Of a stretch of DNA of 64,000 bases, positions 42,016-54,605 are shown in pieces. Both the position numbers and the translations under genes were made by a program. How positions within the stretch are numbered: position 1 is the first letter of the stretch; every line of letters starts with the position of its first letter. The stretch comes from Dictyostelium discoideum (lineage: Eukaryota). Under the pieces are notes generated by a model. The model was not told the origin of the DNA. It saw only the letters and a list, made by a program, of their open reading frames with translations, and ran no database searches. Where the stretch lies: contig CM000152.2 of assembly GCA_000004695.1 (NCBI GenBank), positions 128,001 through 192,000 of the forward strand. The letters run 5' to 3'.

Positions 42016-42688
42016 AAAAAAAATAAAAAATAAAAAATAAAAAATAAAAAATAAAAAAAGAACTAAAAATAGAAATTTTAAAAATTTAAAAAAAAAAACT
42101 AAAAATAGAAATTTTTTAAATATTAAAAAAAAAAAAACTAATATTCAAGATTGGAATTCATTATTACTGTTTTGTTTTTTTTTTTTTTGCTTTTATACCA
42201 AAAAAATAATAATAACGTTTAATTAAAAAAAAAATAAAACTTCTCAAATAGCCAAGATATTCCTGATTTTTCTTTAAATAAAGATATTAGAAAAAAAAAA
42301 ATAAAAAAATAAAATAATAAAATAAAAATAAAAATTTTAAAAAAAAAATTTTATTTTATAAAAAAAAAAATAAAAAAATAGAAAAACCAAATAAAAAAAA
42401 AAATTACAAAAAAAAAAAAAAAAAAAAAAAAAAACTCACACATTTTAAATTAAAGAAACAATTAGTAAATTATTTATTTCAAAAGGAAAAATAAAAAAAA
42501 TAAAAAAAATAAAAAAAAATAAAAAAAATAAAAAAATAAAGGGATAGGAAAAATAAATAAAAAAAAAAAAAAAAAAAAAAAAAGGTTACAAAAAAAATAA
42601 AAAATAAAAAAAAAAAAAAACAAAAAAAAAAAAAAAAAAAGGAAAAAAAAAAAAAAAAAAAAACTTATTCTTAAAAAAAAAAAAAAAA

Positions 42689-43377
42689 ATGAATATCTCA
42701 CCACCGCCACCTCTATCACATCCACACCACTCATATTCCAGTCACCAAAACAACAACAACAACAATAACAACCACCATCATAGCTCTAACAGCCATAGTC
42801 ATCACAGTAATAGCAATATGTACTCTCAGCAACAACAACAACAACAACAACCGCCGCCACCACCACCATCCCAGCAACATCATTTAAATTATCATAACAC
42901 TTCAACTCCACCACCACCTCCACCATTACAACATCATAGTGGTCACAATAATTCATACCATCATCAATATAGTAGTGTGACGCAACCAAGTATAGTTATA
43001 AGCCATTATCCGCCACCACCTCCACCACCTCCAACGGTGCCACCTCCTCCACCTCCATTACCTTCAAATAATACAATCGAACAACAACAACAACAACACT
43101 ATAACAACTCTTTTCAATCCAATGTACCATATAATAATCAACAACACTCACCTCAACAAACCACCCCATCAAAAAAAAATAATCCGCATGCTTCTCAAAA
43201 TAATAAAAATTGTATGTTTAATAATTAAATCGTATTTTATTTAGTAGTGAAAATATATAAATAAAAAATAAAAAATAAATAGTAATAACAATAATAAAAA
43301 TAAAAAACAAAAAAAAAACAATAAATAATAAATAATAATAATAATAACAATAATAAAAAATAAATAAAAAAACAATA

Positions 43378-43412
<35 letters not shown>

Positions 43413-43547
43413 TATAAATTTACTAACAAATCCTATTAATATTAAATAGTTAAAAAACAAAACCCATTCAATGGAAATACTACTGGTAACTCTACAGTTG
43501 TTTCAAAAAGTTTAACACCACCCTCTCATAATAATGTAAATAATAAC

Positions 43548-43621
<74 letters not shown>

Positions 43622-44404
43622 TAACAACAATAATAATAGCGGTAAGAAATATAAAAATGATCAAAGAAAAAGGTCATCAAGTGATAGTAATGCAAAACGT
43701 AATGGAGGTGGTAATGACTATTATAATCATAATAACTATTACAATAATAATAATAATAATAATAATAATAATCACCACCATCATCATCATTCAAATAGTA
43801 ATAGTAATTATTATAATTCAACTGCCGAAAACTATAATAACAATGGCTATTATAATAATAACAATAATAACAATAATAATGGTAATAATAATAACAATAA
43901 TAATGGTAATAATAATAATAACAATAATAATAATGAACCAATATTCTTTAAGGATTCTGATAAAGCAATACCAGAACTAATGAAAGAATATTTAGGTAGC
44001 TACTCTGAAGTTCATTTGGATCCTCATCCTCAACCAAATATTTACGCAATATTAAAAGAATATTTAAAAGATTTCTCTGCTCATAAAGAAGAAAGAGAAA
44101 GAAATAAATATCAACCAACAAGATGGCAAGAATATGCTATAAAACTTTTTATGTATACTGTATGTATTATTAAAAATTACAAATTAAAAATTAAAAATAA
44201 TAATAATAAAATAAACAAATTAACTAACCCAAAAGTTTTTTTTTATTTATTATTATATATTTTTAGTTGAAATTAAAAGAATTTGAATATGCTATTCATA
44301 AAAATGATTTACAAAGCTTATTAAACAGGGCAAAGAGTCATAAAGAGATTGAATTGGAGAATATTATCAATAACTATATATCAACAATCAGTAATAACAA
44401 TTGA
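42689..44404 (+). CDS. Hypothetical Pro/Gln/His/Asn-rich protein with a conserved-looking C-terminal domain, about 457 aa, 3 exons.
   Basis: join(42689..43211,43450..44159,44267..44404). Intron 1 is 238 bp (T|GTATGT..aaatag) and intron 2 is 107 bp (ACT|GTATGT..ttttag); phases 1 and 0 were checked. Exon 2 has no ATG and is open only from its acceptor. The C-terminal non-repetitive region is EPIFFKDSDKAIPELMKEYLGSYSEVHLDPHPQPNIYAILKEYLKDFSAHKEERERNKYQPTRWQEYAIKLFMYT|LKLKEFEYAIHKNDLQSLLNRAKSHKEIELENIINNYISTISNNN. No family recognised. Confidence 0.55.
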
Positions 44405-45054
44405 TCTGTAAAAGGATGGATTCAAAAAAAAAAAAAAAAACAAAATAAATAAAATAAGAAAGCAACGACAAAAACTAAAAAATAAAAAATAAAATATATA
44501 AACAACACTAATAAAAAAAAAAAAAATAAAAAATCATATGATAAATTTGTATTAATAATGTAATTTCATTATAAATATCCACATACATTTATCATCTTTA
44601 TATTTATTCTAATTAAAATTGATAATGTACTACAAGTTTTTTTTTTTTTAATCTTTTTATTTTATGGATTATAGTGTTACATATTATCCATCTTTTTATT
44701 TTTTATTTTTTTATTTTTTTTTTTTATTTATTTATCTGTATGTCTTGTTCATAAAAAATTGTAAATAAAGTTGTTGTTGTTGTTGTTGTGTAATTGTTGT
44801 TTTATTATTGAATTGCGTCGTTTTGAGTTTTCTTTATACATTCATGTTGTTTGTTTGTTTATTTGTTTATTTGTTTTTTTTTTTTTTTTTTTTTTGGATA
44901 TAAAAAAAAAAAATTATATATATATTTAATAAAATGATAGTAATTTTAATTTTTCTTTCTGCTAATTTTTTCTTCCTATAAATATTATAAAAAAAATATA
45001 CATATTAATATTTCATAGTTTCGTTTTATTTAAAACTATTATTGTAATTCCGTA

Positions 45055-45098
<44 letters not shown>

Positions 45099-45171
45099 GG
45101 TAAAACATATGTATATATATAATTTCTTGACCAAAATTATCAATTAATTTGATTGATAATAATAATAATAA

Positions 45172-45351
45172 TTAATAATTTAAACTTACTTTAAATAAAA
45201 CGTGTTGTCTAATTACTGGATCATATTTTCTAAGTAATAACTTTTTAGTGCTGAGTAAAGCACTTTTGGTTGTTCTATAAAAGTAACCAGTATTGGCTGA
45301 TGAAACCATTTTAATAATTACTGTACTAATCTTTTTAATTGGTGTACCCAT
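45172..45351 (-). CDS. mrpl33: Mitochondrial ribosomal protein bL33 (MRPL33), 59 aa. It is not in the ORF track because it is under 60 aa.
   Basis: Minus-strand ORF: ATG at 45351..45349, TAA at 45174..45172. Translation: [59 protein letters not shown]. It matches bacterial and mitochondrial L33 (E. coli RpmG: [55 protein letters not shown]). Shared features are S-A-x-T-G-x-FY, KYDPV-RQHV and the length. Confidence 0.6.
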   Translation of the reverse strand: MGTPIKKISTVIIKMVSSANTGYFYRTTKSALLSTKKLLLRKYDPVIRQHVLFKVSLNY

Positions 45352-45408
45352 TTTTATATTAAACTTTTATGTGTGATTTGTAAAATTGAAATAATAAAAA
45401 ATATTGAT

Positions 45409-45442
<34 letters not shown>

Positions 45443-46206
45443 AAATGAAAATAAAAAAAAAAAAATAAAATAAAAAAAATAAAAAAAAAAAAAACGAAAA
45501 AAAAAAAAGCAATCATTTTATTTATTCCAATGTTTAGTAATAATTATGGAAATTTACCAATTTATTAGATGTAACCATTTGGAAAAAAAAAAAAATAAAA
45601 TAAAAAAAAAATAAATAAAAAAAAATGTTTAAAAATTATAAATAAAAAATAAAATAAAAAAAAAAAAAAGAAAAATGGTCTCTTCAAAAAAATTACTTTA
45701 TCTATTATTATTATTTTAAAAATAGAGTGAAATAAATAAAATAAATAAAATTTAAGTTTTAAAAAACTAGTTTTAAATAACCATTTTTTATTAAATATCC
45801 AATATTCATTACTCCAATTTATTTAAAAATATCCAAATATGAAAAAAAAATTTTAATTTGGAATTTTTAATTAGTGTTTAGGAAAAAAAAAAAAAAAAAA
45901 AAAAAATACAAAAAAAAAAATAAAAAAATAAAAAAAAAGATGGTTTGGAAACCCAATTTTATTGTAAAAAAAAAAAAATCATTTTCAAAAATGAAAAAAA
46001 AATTAAAAAAAAAAAAAAAAAATCTCAACTTTTTTTTTTTTTTTTTTTTTTTTTCTTCATTATTAACATTATTTTAAAAAAATACAATAATTTATATAGG
46101 ATGGATTTACAAGCAGAATACATTTCATTGAAAAAGGTATTGACATAACATAACCCCTTACACTAAATCATTATTAAAAAAAATATCTTTTTTTTTTTTT
46201 TTTTTT

Positions 46207-46246
<40 letters not shown>

Positions 46247-46285
46247 ATATTTTAAAAATAAAAAATGTTATTAAAAAAAAAACTT

Positions 46286-46318
<33 letters not shown>

Positions 46319-46452
46319 CCCATTACAACACAATAAAATAGATATATTAAAATTTTAATATATTAACCTTTTTTTTTTTTCCCCAAAAAAATTTTTTTTA
46401 ATAAAATCTAAAAATAATAATAAATAATAAATAAATAAATCAAAAATCAAAA

Positions 46453-47235
46453 ATGGCACAGGAAATTGCATATCTTTCAGAATTAGCAAAATTAGTTCAA
46501 GAAACAGCTTCAATTAGAAAAGAATTGGAATCAATTAGAGTCGAAGCAAATAAAGTACAATCTGCTCCAAAATCAACTCCAGCACCAGTTGAAACTAAAC
46601 CAACTCCAGCACCAGCACCAACTTCAGTACCACATGTTGCAGCATCAACTAAACCAGCAGCAGTAGCACCAAAAACTGTTGTTGCACCAACTCCAACTCC
46701 AACTCCAGCACCAGCAGTTGAAAGTAAACCAGTTGATACAAGAACAACCCAAGAAAAATTAAATACAATTTCATCAGTTAAACAAGTTGTTACAACACCA
46801 GCTGGTTTCAGAGTAACAGGTTCTCCAGCTCCAACTCCAACACCAACTCCAGCACCAGCTAAAACTTCAACAACACCAGTTTCATTCAATTCACCAGCAA
46901 AACCAGCTCCATCAACAGCCAAAGATGGTGTTTCTCCACAAATTGTAAGTTTATTAAATTTTTTTTTTAAATCATAGAAATATTAAGATTATTAATACTA
47001 ATTTCCAATCTTAAATTCCTTTTTTTTTTTTTTTTTTCATTTTTTTATTTAGAAAACAATTGTTGATGCAGTTAAAGCTAAATCTAAAGTAGACAAGACA
47101 ATGGATCCAACTAAACTTGAAAACTATTTATCAGAATCAGACTTTTTGGTTGTATTTGATTGTTCATTAGCTGAGTTCCAAAAATTACCAAAATGGAAAC
47201 AAGATAGTAAAAAGAAAGAAACTGGTATTTATTAA
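46453..47235 (+). CDS. Hypothetical protein with an N-terminal coiled-coil, a Pro/Thr/Ala-rich (PTPTPAP) linker and a small conserved C-terminal exon, about 224 aa, 2 exons.
   Basis: join(46453..46944,47053..47235); the intron is 108 bp (ATT|GTAAGT..tatttag), phase 0. Exon 2 encodes [60 protein letters not shown]. The antisense ORF 46497..46922 is a mirror artefact of the GC-richer PT repeat. Confidence 0.55.
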
Positions 47236-47306
47236 ATTATTTTTAGTTTTTTTTACCTTTTTTTACACAACAACATTTAAGTGTATGTGTAGGATTTGAT
47301 ATTAAG

Positions 47307-47346
<40 letters not shown>

Positions 47347-48080
47347 GGTCTTTGGTAATTGGTTTTATGTCAAATAATTAATATTAATTTTTTTTTTTTT
47401 AATTGAAAAAAAAAAAAAAAAAAAAAAAAAAGATTTTTTTAAAATTAAAATAAATATTTATTTTATATGTTGTAATATTAAAAAAAAAAAAAAAAACATT
47501 ATTTGTTTTCTATTCTTTTTTTTATTTTGTTATTTTGTTATTTTTTTACTTTATATTATTATTATTTTAAAATGTTGGTAAAAATTGGAAAACTTTGTTG
47601 ATCAGAATTTTCAACAAAGAAAAAAAAAGGAAATATGAAAATTTTTTAAAAATTTCATTTTTTGACGATCATTTTTTTTTTTTTTATTTTTATTTTCAGT
47701 GTTTCATTCTAAAAACAATAAAAACCATTGTATATATTAATACCCAAAAAAAAAAAAAAGGACAAATAAAACCTATTTATTGTTTTTATATTCATTTTAA
47801 ATTCTCACACAAAAAAAAGAAAAAAAAAAGAAAAAGAAAAAGAAAATAAATAACACTCAAAATAAAAACTAAAAATACTCAATACATACACATACATATA
47901 TAATTATAAAGAATGAAATTAGTAAGGTAAGAACAATAAAATAATTATAGGAATTATATAAAATAATAGCCACAAAATAAATAGGGATGTGGAGGGGGAA
48001 TGAATAGTAGTTGATTAATTATCATTTATTATCATTTATTATTATTATTATTATCATTTATTATTATTATTAGATTTTTA

Positions 48081-48563
48081 ATGAAATTACATAATGAAAC
48101 AGTTACAATTGAATTAAAGAATGGAACAATTGTACAGGGATCAGTTGCAGGTGTTGATGTTAGTATGAATACTCATTTAAAAACAGTTAAACTCACACTC
48201 AAAGGAAAGAATCCTGTAAATTTAGATACATTAAGCATTAGAGGAAATAATATCAGATATTTCATATTACCAGAATCTTTAAATCTTGGTACACTTTTAG
48301 TTGATGATACTCCAAAAGTTAAAGCAAAGAAAACTACTTCAAAACCAGGTGGTAATTATCAATAACATTATTAATCATTTATTTATTCATTATTAATTAT
48401 TAATTTATTTATTAATTTTAATTACTAACTATTATTATTAATTTATTTTTAAAATATAGAATCTAAACCAAGTATGAGAGGTGGTCGTGGTGGTGGTCGT
48501 GGTGGAGCAAGAGGTGGTTCAAGAGGTGGTTCAAGAGGTGGTTCAAGAGGCGGTAGAAATTAA
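48081..48563 (+). CDS. snrpD1: Small nuclear ribonucleoprotein Sm D1 with a C-terminal RG repeat tail, about 124 aa, 2 exons.
   Basis: join(48081..48351,48460..48563); the intron is 108 bp (G|GTAATT..atatag), phase 1. The N-terminus is [76 protein letters not shown], near-identical to human SmD1 ([70 protein letters not shown]). Exon 2 encodes [34 protein letters not shown], the methylatable RG tail. Confidence 0.9.
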
Positions 48564-48620
48564 ATAAATTTGTAAAGAAAATAAATTATAATAATAAAAA
48601 AAAAAAAAATAAAATAAAAT

Positions 48621-48651
<31 letters not shown>

Positions 48652-48736
48652 AAAATCAATGTTATTATTATTTATTTATTTATTTTATTTATTTTTTTAT
48701 TTTTTTTATTTATCTATTATTATTATAATTAATTTA

Positions 48737-50182
48737 TTATTTTTGGTATGAAAAGATTTGATTTTCTTTATCATGTTTTTGGAAAACTTTCATTGATAAA
48801 ATATTTGAATTATTAATACAAAGTTCTTGAAATTGATTTGTGGTTAACCATTCATGTTGAATAATTGTGTAATGAGAAATATACGGATTTGAATCTACTA
48901 TTCCTTTAAGAATTAACCAATCTTCTGGATTATGAATTTCTAAATATTTCACAGATTCTGGTAATTTATTAAGTAATTGATTTAAAAAAATTGGTAATTC
49001 CAAATTATATTTAATATCATCTAAATAAGATCTAATGTTATCACTTAAACATTCATTTTTAACTGATAATGATTTTAAATTTTTATGATTTCTTAATGAT
49101 TCAATTAGTGATTTCCAAATTGAATTAAACTCAATTTCATCGCATTCTCGTGAATTGTAAATTGAACAAAGACATTTTGTTGAAGGTAAATCATCTGTTG
49201 GTGGTGGTGATGTTGGTTCAGATAATTTAAGATTATTTTTAATATCTGAATAACAAACTGAAATTGAAATTTCATTAAGTAATGGGAAATTTTCAAGTAG
49301 TCTTAATAGATTTGGTATATCTAAATGTTTGGCTCTAATTGATGTTAAATTTGAGAAAATTTTATGATTTGAGAAATTGTTTAAAAATAAACTCCAAGTA
49401 AAACTGAATCTTTCATGTGATGGACTAACATATGTGCATGTATTTGAAATACCATTTGAATTAATATCCATTTCTAAATCTAAATAATATTCATCTGTTA
49501 CATTTGGATATTTTTGAGCTTTAATACCTCTAATTATTAATTTTTTATTATTATCATTATAATAATTTTCTAAGTGATTAATTTTCCTTAAAAATGGTTT
49601 ACTTTGATTAATTAAAACATTATTTATAAATTTTAAATTTGGATTTGTAATTTTCTTCATATATTGACAACTAATTTTACGAATTTCAATAGTGGTTGAT
49701 GGTGGTAATTTCAATTTATTTACAAACTCTAAGCTATTAAGTGCATTTGATACATTATTATGTTCAATATCAATTGAAACATTTTGTAAATTTGTAAATT
49801 TTGAAATTAATAAATTTACATGACTTATCATTGCTTCAGCATTCTCTTGTTTATATCTGTATTCACGATGATGTAATTTCAATGTTGTTATATTTTCAAA
49901 TTTATAAATTGAATATTTACTTGTACTGATATACACTGTTTTGGTTGTTAATGGTGGTGGTGGAAAAAATGATTCACCCCATGGTTCAAAATTAAAATCT
50001 TGAATACAATATAAATAATTTGATAAAGTTTGATGATATGACCAACAAACTAATGATAAATTAACTAAAATTTTATTATATCTTCTTTTCTCTTTATGAT
50101 TTAATATTTTCTTTACATTAAAATAATGTAGACAATAAATTTGAATTATTTCTTTTTGAATGTAAATTGGTAATAGTGCCAT
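48737..50182 (-). CDS. Hypothetical F-box-like / leucine-rich-repeat protein, about 481 aa from the likely true start.
   Basis: The ORF-track ORF 48737..50290 starts in a poly-A/T-derived Phe-rich run. The first ATG in real sequence is at 50182 (MALLPIYIQKEIIQIYCLHYF, an F-box-like LPxxIxxxI motif). The body has LRR-like periodicity (LKSLSVKNECLSDNIRSYLDDIKYNLELPIFLNQLLNKLPESVKYLEIHN). It is convergent with snrpD1, 173 bp apart. Confidence 0.5.
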   Translation of the reverse strand: MALLPIYIQKEIIQIYCLHYFNVKKILNHKEKRRYNKILVNLSLVCWSYHQTLSNYLYCIQDFNFEPWGESFFPPPPLTTKTVYISTSKYSIYKFENITTLKLHHREYRYKQENAEAMISHVNLLISKFTNLQNVSIDIEHNNVSNALNSLEFVNKLKLPPSTTIEIRKISCQYMKKITNPNLKFINNVLINQSKPFLRKINHLENYYNDNNKKLIIRGIKAQKYPNVTDEYYLDLEMDINSNGISNTCTYVSPSHERFSFTWSLFLNNFSNHKIFSNLTSIRAKHLDIPNLLRLLENFPLLNEISISVCYSDIKNNLKLSEPTSPPPTDDLPSTKCLCSIYNSRECDEIEFNSIWKSLIESLRNHKNLKSLSVKNECLSDNIRSYLDDIKYNLELPIFLNQLLNKLPESVKYLEIHNPEDWLILKGIVDSNPYISHYTIIQHEWLTTNQFQELCINNSNILSMKVFQKHDKENQIFSYQK

Positions 50183-50407
50183 TATTTTGTCAAGTTTTTT
50201 AAAAAAAAAAAAAAATAAAAAGTAAAAAAAGGAAAACAAAAAAAAAAAAAGAAAAATAAAAAAAAAGAGCCGTTTCCAAAATATTTCCAATTTTTATATG
50301 ACAAAACTCACCAACTATTTTTAATTTTAAAATTTTTTTTTTTTTTTTTTTTTTTATTTATTTAATAAATTAATAATTTAAATTTTAAATCAATACGATT
50401 TAATTAT

Positions 50408-50445
<38 letters not shown>

Positions 50446-50450
50446 TTTTT

Positions 50451-51156
50451 TTAAAAATTAGAAGGTAATGAATTAAAATAATCAATATATGTTAAATTTA
50501 ATGTGCCACCATATTCAAATAAAACTTTTGATTGATCAATAGTTGTAAAGATTTGATCATTTTTACAAATTTCAATTCTTGAAATTAATTTATTCTTCAT
50601 AAAAGTTTTAGCAAGTGATAATAATGGTTTTAATACCCATGGTGGATTTAAAATATAAATTTTTTGAATTCTACCAATGAAAACATCTTGCATATCATTT
50701 AATTTATTCTTTTTAAGAAAATCTTGTAATCTTGAATCAAAATGTTTAAAAATTGATATTTTATGTAAATCTTCAATAATTGTCATACCATTTCTATGAA
50801 CTGATGAATGATCATGTGCACTTTGATCTTGTGACCAAAGTAAAAATGTCATATATTCTTTTAATGTAAAATCCTTTGGTTTCGCTTTTGATGGATGTAA
50901 ATATGAAATTGAACAACCATTATTATCTCTATAGCCAATAATATTAAAACTACTTGATTTCATTGCCAATTCTGGATTAACTTGATTTTTAACAACTGGT
51001 AAACTAATTTCTAATTTCTCCCTTATTAATAAATTGTTTTTAATTAATGTATGTGCTTTTTCTAAATCAAATTTCTTTGAAAATAAAAATAATAATAAAT
51101 ATTGATCTTTTATATCTATAATTTTTTACAAAAAAATATTTATTATTAGTAAATTG

Positions 51157-51194
<38 letters not shown>

Positions 51195-51303
51195 TACCTT
51201 TGCAAATTGGAAAATCTTTAAATTTACTTAATGCAATTAATTCGTCATTTGTTAAATCTTCAAGAATTTTAAATTCTTCTTCATTTAATTCAAAGGAAAC
51301 CAT
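50451..51303 (-). CDS. Sec14-like / CRAL-TRIO domain lipid-transfer protein, about 256 aa, 2 exons.
   Basis: join(51303..51198,51115..50451) on the minus strand; the intron is 82 bp (G|GTATTT..ttatag), phase 1. Exon 1 encodes MVSFELNEEEFKILEDLTNDELIALSKFKDFPICK. Exon 2 encodes DIKDQYLLLFLFSKKFDLEKAHTLIKNNLLIR, the CRAL-TRIO N-domain (yeast Sec14 RFLRARKFDVQLAKEM). The C-terminal YILNPPWVLKPLLSLAKTFMKNKLISRIEI resembles IINAPWIFSTLWKIIKPFLDEKTRSKI. Confidence 0.8.
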
Positions 51304-51911
51304 CTTGTATTTTTTATAAGATTAAAAAAATAATTATTTTTTTTTTTTTTTTTTTTTTTATATTGAAAATGATTATAATATTAAAATAATTTAATTTAAA
51401 TGATTAGTTTTTTTTTTTTTTTTTTTAATGAAAAAGTTTTTTATCATGCTTTTTATATTTTTTTTTTTTTTTTTTACTGGGTGGAACCTTTTCATTTAAT
51501 TCACCAGGCAAGAAAAATGTCCGAAAAAAAAATCTAATTAATTTGATTTTATAAGTATCCCAAATAAAAAAATATCTATTTTTTTTATAAAATTTATTAT
51601 TTTAGGTTATTATTATTTTATTTTTTATTACCATTTTTATTTTATTTTTAAAAACAGGTTATTGTTATTTAAATAATTTAATCTTAAAAAAAAAAAAATT
51701 TAATATAAATATAAAGAATCTAAATTTAAAAAAAAAATGAATTCAAATTGATATATTGATTAAAAAGTACAAAATAATTATTTTATTTAATGAATTTTTT
51801 TTTTTTTTTACCATTATTTTAGTTTTCTAATATCGAACATTTTTAAACAAATAAATTATATACATTGAAAGAAAAAAAAAAAAAAAATTTCGCCTATTTT
51901 AACCAATTAAT

Positions 51912-53995
51912 TTATTGCATACTCCACCAGTCAACAAATTCACGTTCACTTAATGAACCACTGTAATCACGATCAATTGAATGGAATAACATTTTAGTTT
52001 GACCTTTAGAGAAATAGTAACCTAAATGTTTAATGAGCTAATAAATTAAAAAAGTTAGTATTAATGAATTATTGTTTTTTTTTTTTTTTTTTTTTTTTTT
52101 TGTGCACATAAATGTTAAATTCATACTTTTTTAAATTCTTTTTTAGATAAAGTACCACTACAATTGGAATCATGAATTCTGAATGCAGCACTTGCGGCCA
52201 TCATTTTTTGTACAACATGTGGTGGTAAACCAACTGGAACTACAAAAGCAGCGGTTCTAGAATATGGAGTTGCATAAGAGTAAGTTGGTCTAGTGTAAGA
52301 ATAAGTTGATGTTGCACCATAACCGATAGCAGTTGTTTGATAGGCAGCATATGCAGTAGTTTGACCTGGATAAACACCCATTGGTGTTTGACCTGGATAA
52401 GCACCAGTTTGATAAGCAGCGGTAGTTTGTGAATATGCTGATACACCATATTGTTGTTGACCTGGATATGCACCCATTGGTGGTTGACCTGGATATGCAC
52501 CTTGTTGACCTGGATATGCACCTTGTTGACCTGGATAAGCACCTTGTTGACCTGGATATGCACCTTGTTGTGGTGGATAAGCACCCATTGGTGGTTGTTG
52601 ACCTGGATATGCTACTTGTTGTTGTTGTGGTGGATAAGCTCCTGGTTGACCTTGTGGTGGATAAGCTCCTGGTTGACCTTGTGGTGGATAAGCACCCATT
52701 GGTGGTTGTTGACCTGGATAGGCACCTTGTTGTGGTGGAACACCTGGTTGACCTGGATAGGCACCTTGTGGTGGTGGAACACCTGGTTGACCTGGAGCAC
52801 CTGTCTTGGCAAGTGTATTTTGTACACCTAAAAATAAAATAAAATATTTGTTATTATTACAGTGTCCTACATTTTTGGTATTTTGGTTTCAAAATAACTA
52901 AATAGCCAAGAAAACTTACCTTGTTGTGGTGGATAGGCACCTGGTTGACCTGATTGTTGTGGTGGGTAGGCACCTATTTATTATTTATAATTTATAATTT
53001 TTATTATTATTTTTTTTTTTCCAAGTTTTAAAAATAAAATAAAATAAAGAATTAATAAAATCCAATTTGTTTCCAAGAAATGATGATTTGTCAAAATCTG
53101 GAAAAAAAAAAAAAAAAAGTGAAAGGTTGTAGTAATTAAAATAAACATACCTGGTTGACCTGGTTGTTGTGGTGGATATTGACCTTGTTGTTGTGGTGGA
53201 TATTGACCTGGTTGACCTGGTTGTTGTGGTGGATATTGACCTGGTTGACCTTGTTGTGGTGGATATTGACCTGGAGCACCTGGTTGTTGTGGTGGGTATC
53301 CTAAAAATAAATAAAATAATTTAAATATTAATTAACTATAAAATTAAATTTGGATGGGTATAGTTTTTTAAATTATAAATTTCGAAATTTCCAAGTATTT
53401 GTGTAATCTTCAAATCCAATTACTATATATTAATGATAAATCCAATATTTTTATATAACCTCTACTTGAACTATCCCTATCGTAAAAAAAGTGAACATAC
53501 CTGGTTGACCTGGTTGTTGTGGTGGATATTGACCTGATTGACCTGGTTGTTGTGGTGGGTATCCTATAAATAAATAAAAATATAACCAAAATTAGAGTTT
53601 TTTCAATATTGTATAAAATTTCCCTGTAGTGATTTATGTTTTTTTTTTTTTTTTTTTGTTTTTTTTTTTTTTTTGTTTTTCTTCTTTTCCTTATTTCCAA
53701 TGTGATTAATAATAAAATCCATACCTGGTTGACCTGGTTGTTGTGGTGGGTATTGACCTGGAGCACCTGGTTGTTGTGGTGGGTATTGACCTATTAATAT
53801 TCAAATATCAAGAGTTAATATGAGAAATGTTTGAAATTGGATATATATATAAAAAAAAAAATATCTCCAATTTTAAATGAAATCCAAAACATTTTTTTTT
53901 TTTTTTTTCTATTAATTTCTTTTTCCATATCTATATTCCTATTGTATAAAAGTAAACATACCTGGTTGACCTGGTTGTTGTGGTGGGTATTGGCC

Positions 53996-54081
<86 letters not shown>

Positions 54082-54605
54082 TATTTATTAATTAATTTAT
54101 TAATTTATTTATATTAGTAGTTTACTTTTAAGAAGAATTTGAAGGTACTCCGATAAATCATCAATTCTATTCCTCTTTTATCATATAATTAAAAACATAC
54201 CTGGTTGTTGTGGTGGGTATTGACCTGGAGCACCTGGAGCACCTGGTTGTTGAGTACCTGGATATGGTGGTAAATTAGAACCTGGAGCACCTGGTTGTTG
54301 TGGTGGATATTGACCTGGAGCACCTGGAGCGCCTAATTTGTGAAAGTTTGAGAACTAATTAGTTTTTGTTTATTTTTTATTATTTTTTTTTTTTTTATTT
54401 TTCATTTTTTTTTTATTTTTTTTCAGCCTAACCCGATGATTAAATTGTAAGTGTTATTATTAAATCGGTGTTAAATAATTAAATATACAATACCTGGAGT
54501 TGATTGGCTACCTGGAGCACCTGGAGTACCCATTACTTTAACTGGCATTTGTGAGTAAAAATCAGCAGCTGAACCAGCTGGTGGTGGGTTTTGTGGATTT
54601 TGCAT
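51912..54605 (-). CDS. Repeat-rich protein with a long N-terminal (G/A)(Q)YPPQQ(P)GQP low-complexity region and a C-terminal pair of EF-hands, about 478 aa, 9 exons.
   Basis: join(54605..54494,54332..54201,53994..53962,53790..53725,53563..53501,53300..53151,52973..52920,52827..52127,52037..51912) on the minus strand. Every internal repeat exon ends ...CAACCAG|GTATGT or a variant and begins G(A/T/C)..., so all junctions are phase 1. Exon lengths are 112,132,33,66,63,150,54,701,126 nt. The N-terminus is [38 protein letters not shown]. The EF-hands are [24 protein letters not shown]|[41 protein letters not shown], with loops [12 protein letters not shown] and [12 protein letters not shown]. One intron carries (ATT)27. 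The architecture resembles peflin or annexin-VII-type N-termini, but only two EF-hands are present. Confidence 0.65.
53997..54080. repeat. (ATT)n microsatellite of about 27 units inside the intron between exons 2 and 3 of the EF-hand repeat gene.
   Basis: A pure run lies directly downstream, on the + strand, of the 33-nt mini-exon 53962..53994. Confidence 0.9.

Noticed and set aside
42474-43980. ORFs 42474..42734-, 42786..42989-, 43218..43460-, 43241..43429-, 43492..43941- and 43657..43980+
   Set aside because: They are low-complexity or antisense readings of the P/Q/N-rich gene 42689..44404 and its first intron. The sense frame splices cleanly.
45874-46148. Two Lys-rich + ORFs
   Set aside because: They are poly-A translations in intergenic DNA.
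46497-46922. 141-aa minus ORF rich in Gly, Ala and Val
   Set aside because: It is an antisense mirror of the PTPTPAP repeat of gene 46453..47235. The sense gene has an N-terminal coiled-coil, a proper intron and a C-terminal exon.
48365-48460. Possibility that snrpD1 is a single exon ending at the stop at 48363-48365
   Set aside because: Reading through gives ...KPGGNYQ* and loses the conserved RG-repeat tail. The GTAATT donor at 48352 and the atatag acceptor at 48459 join in phase to the GRGGGRGG tail, so the spliced model is preferred.
52240-52842. ORFs 52240..52584-, 52429..52842+, 52451..52831+ and 52612..52827-
   Set aside because: They are alternative frames or the antisense of the GAYPPQQ repeat exon. 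Only the frame ending in the EF-hands splices consistently.
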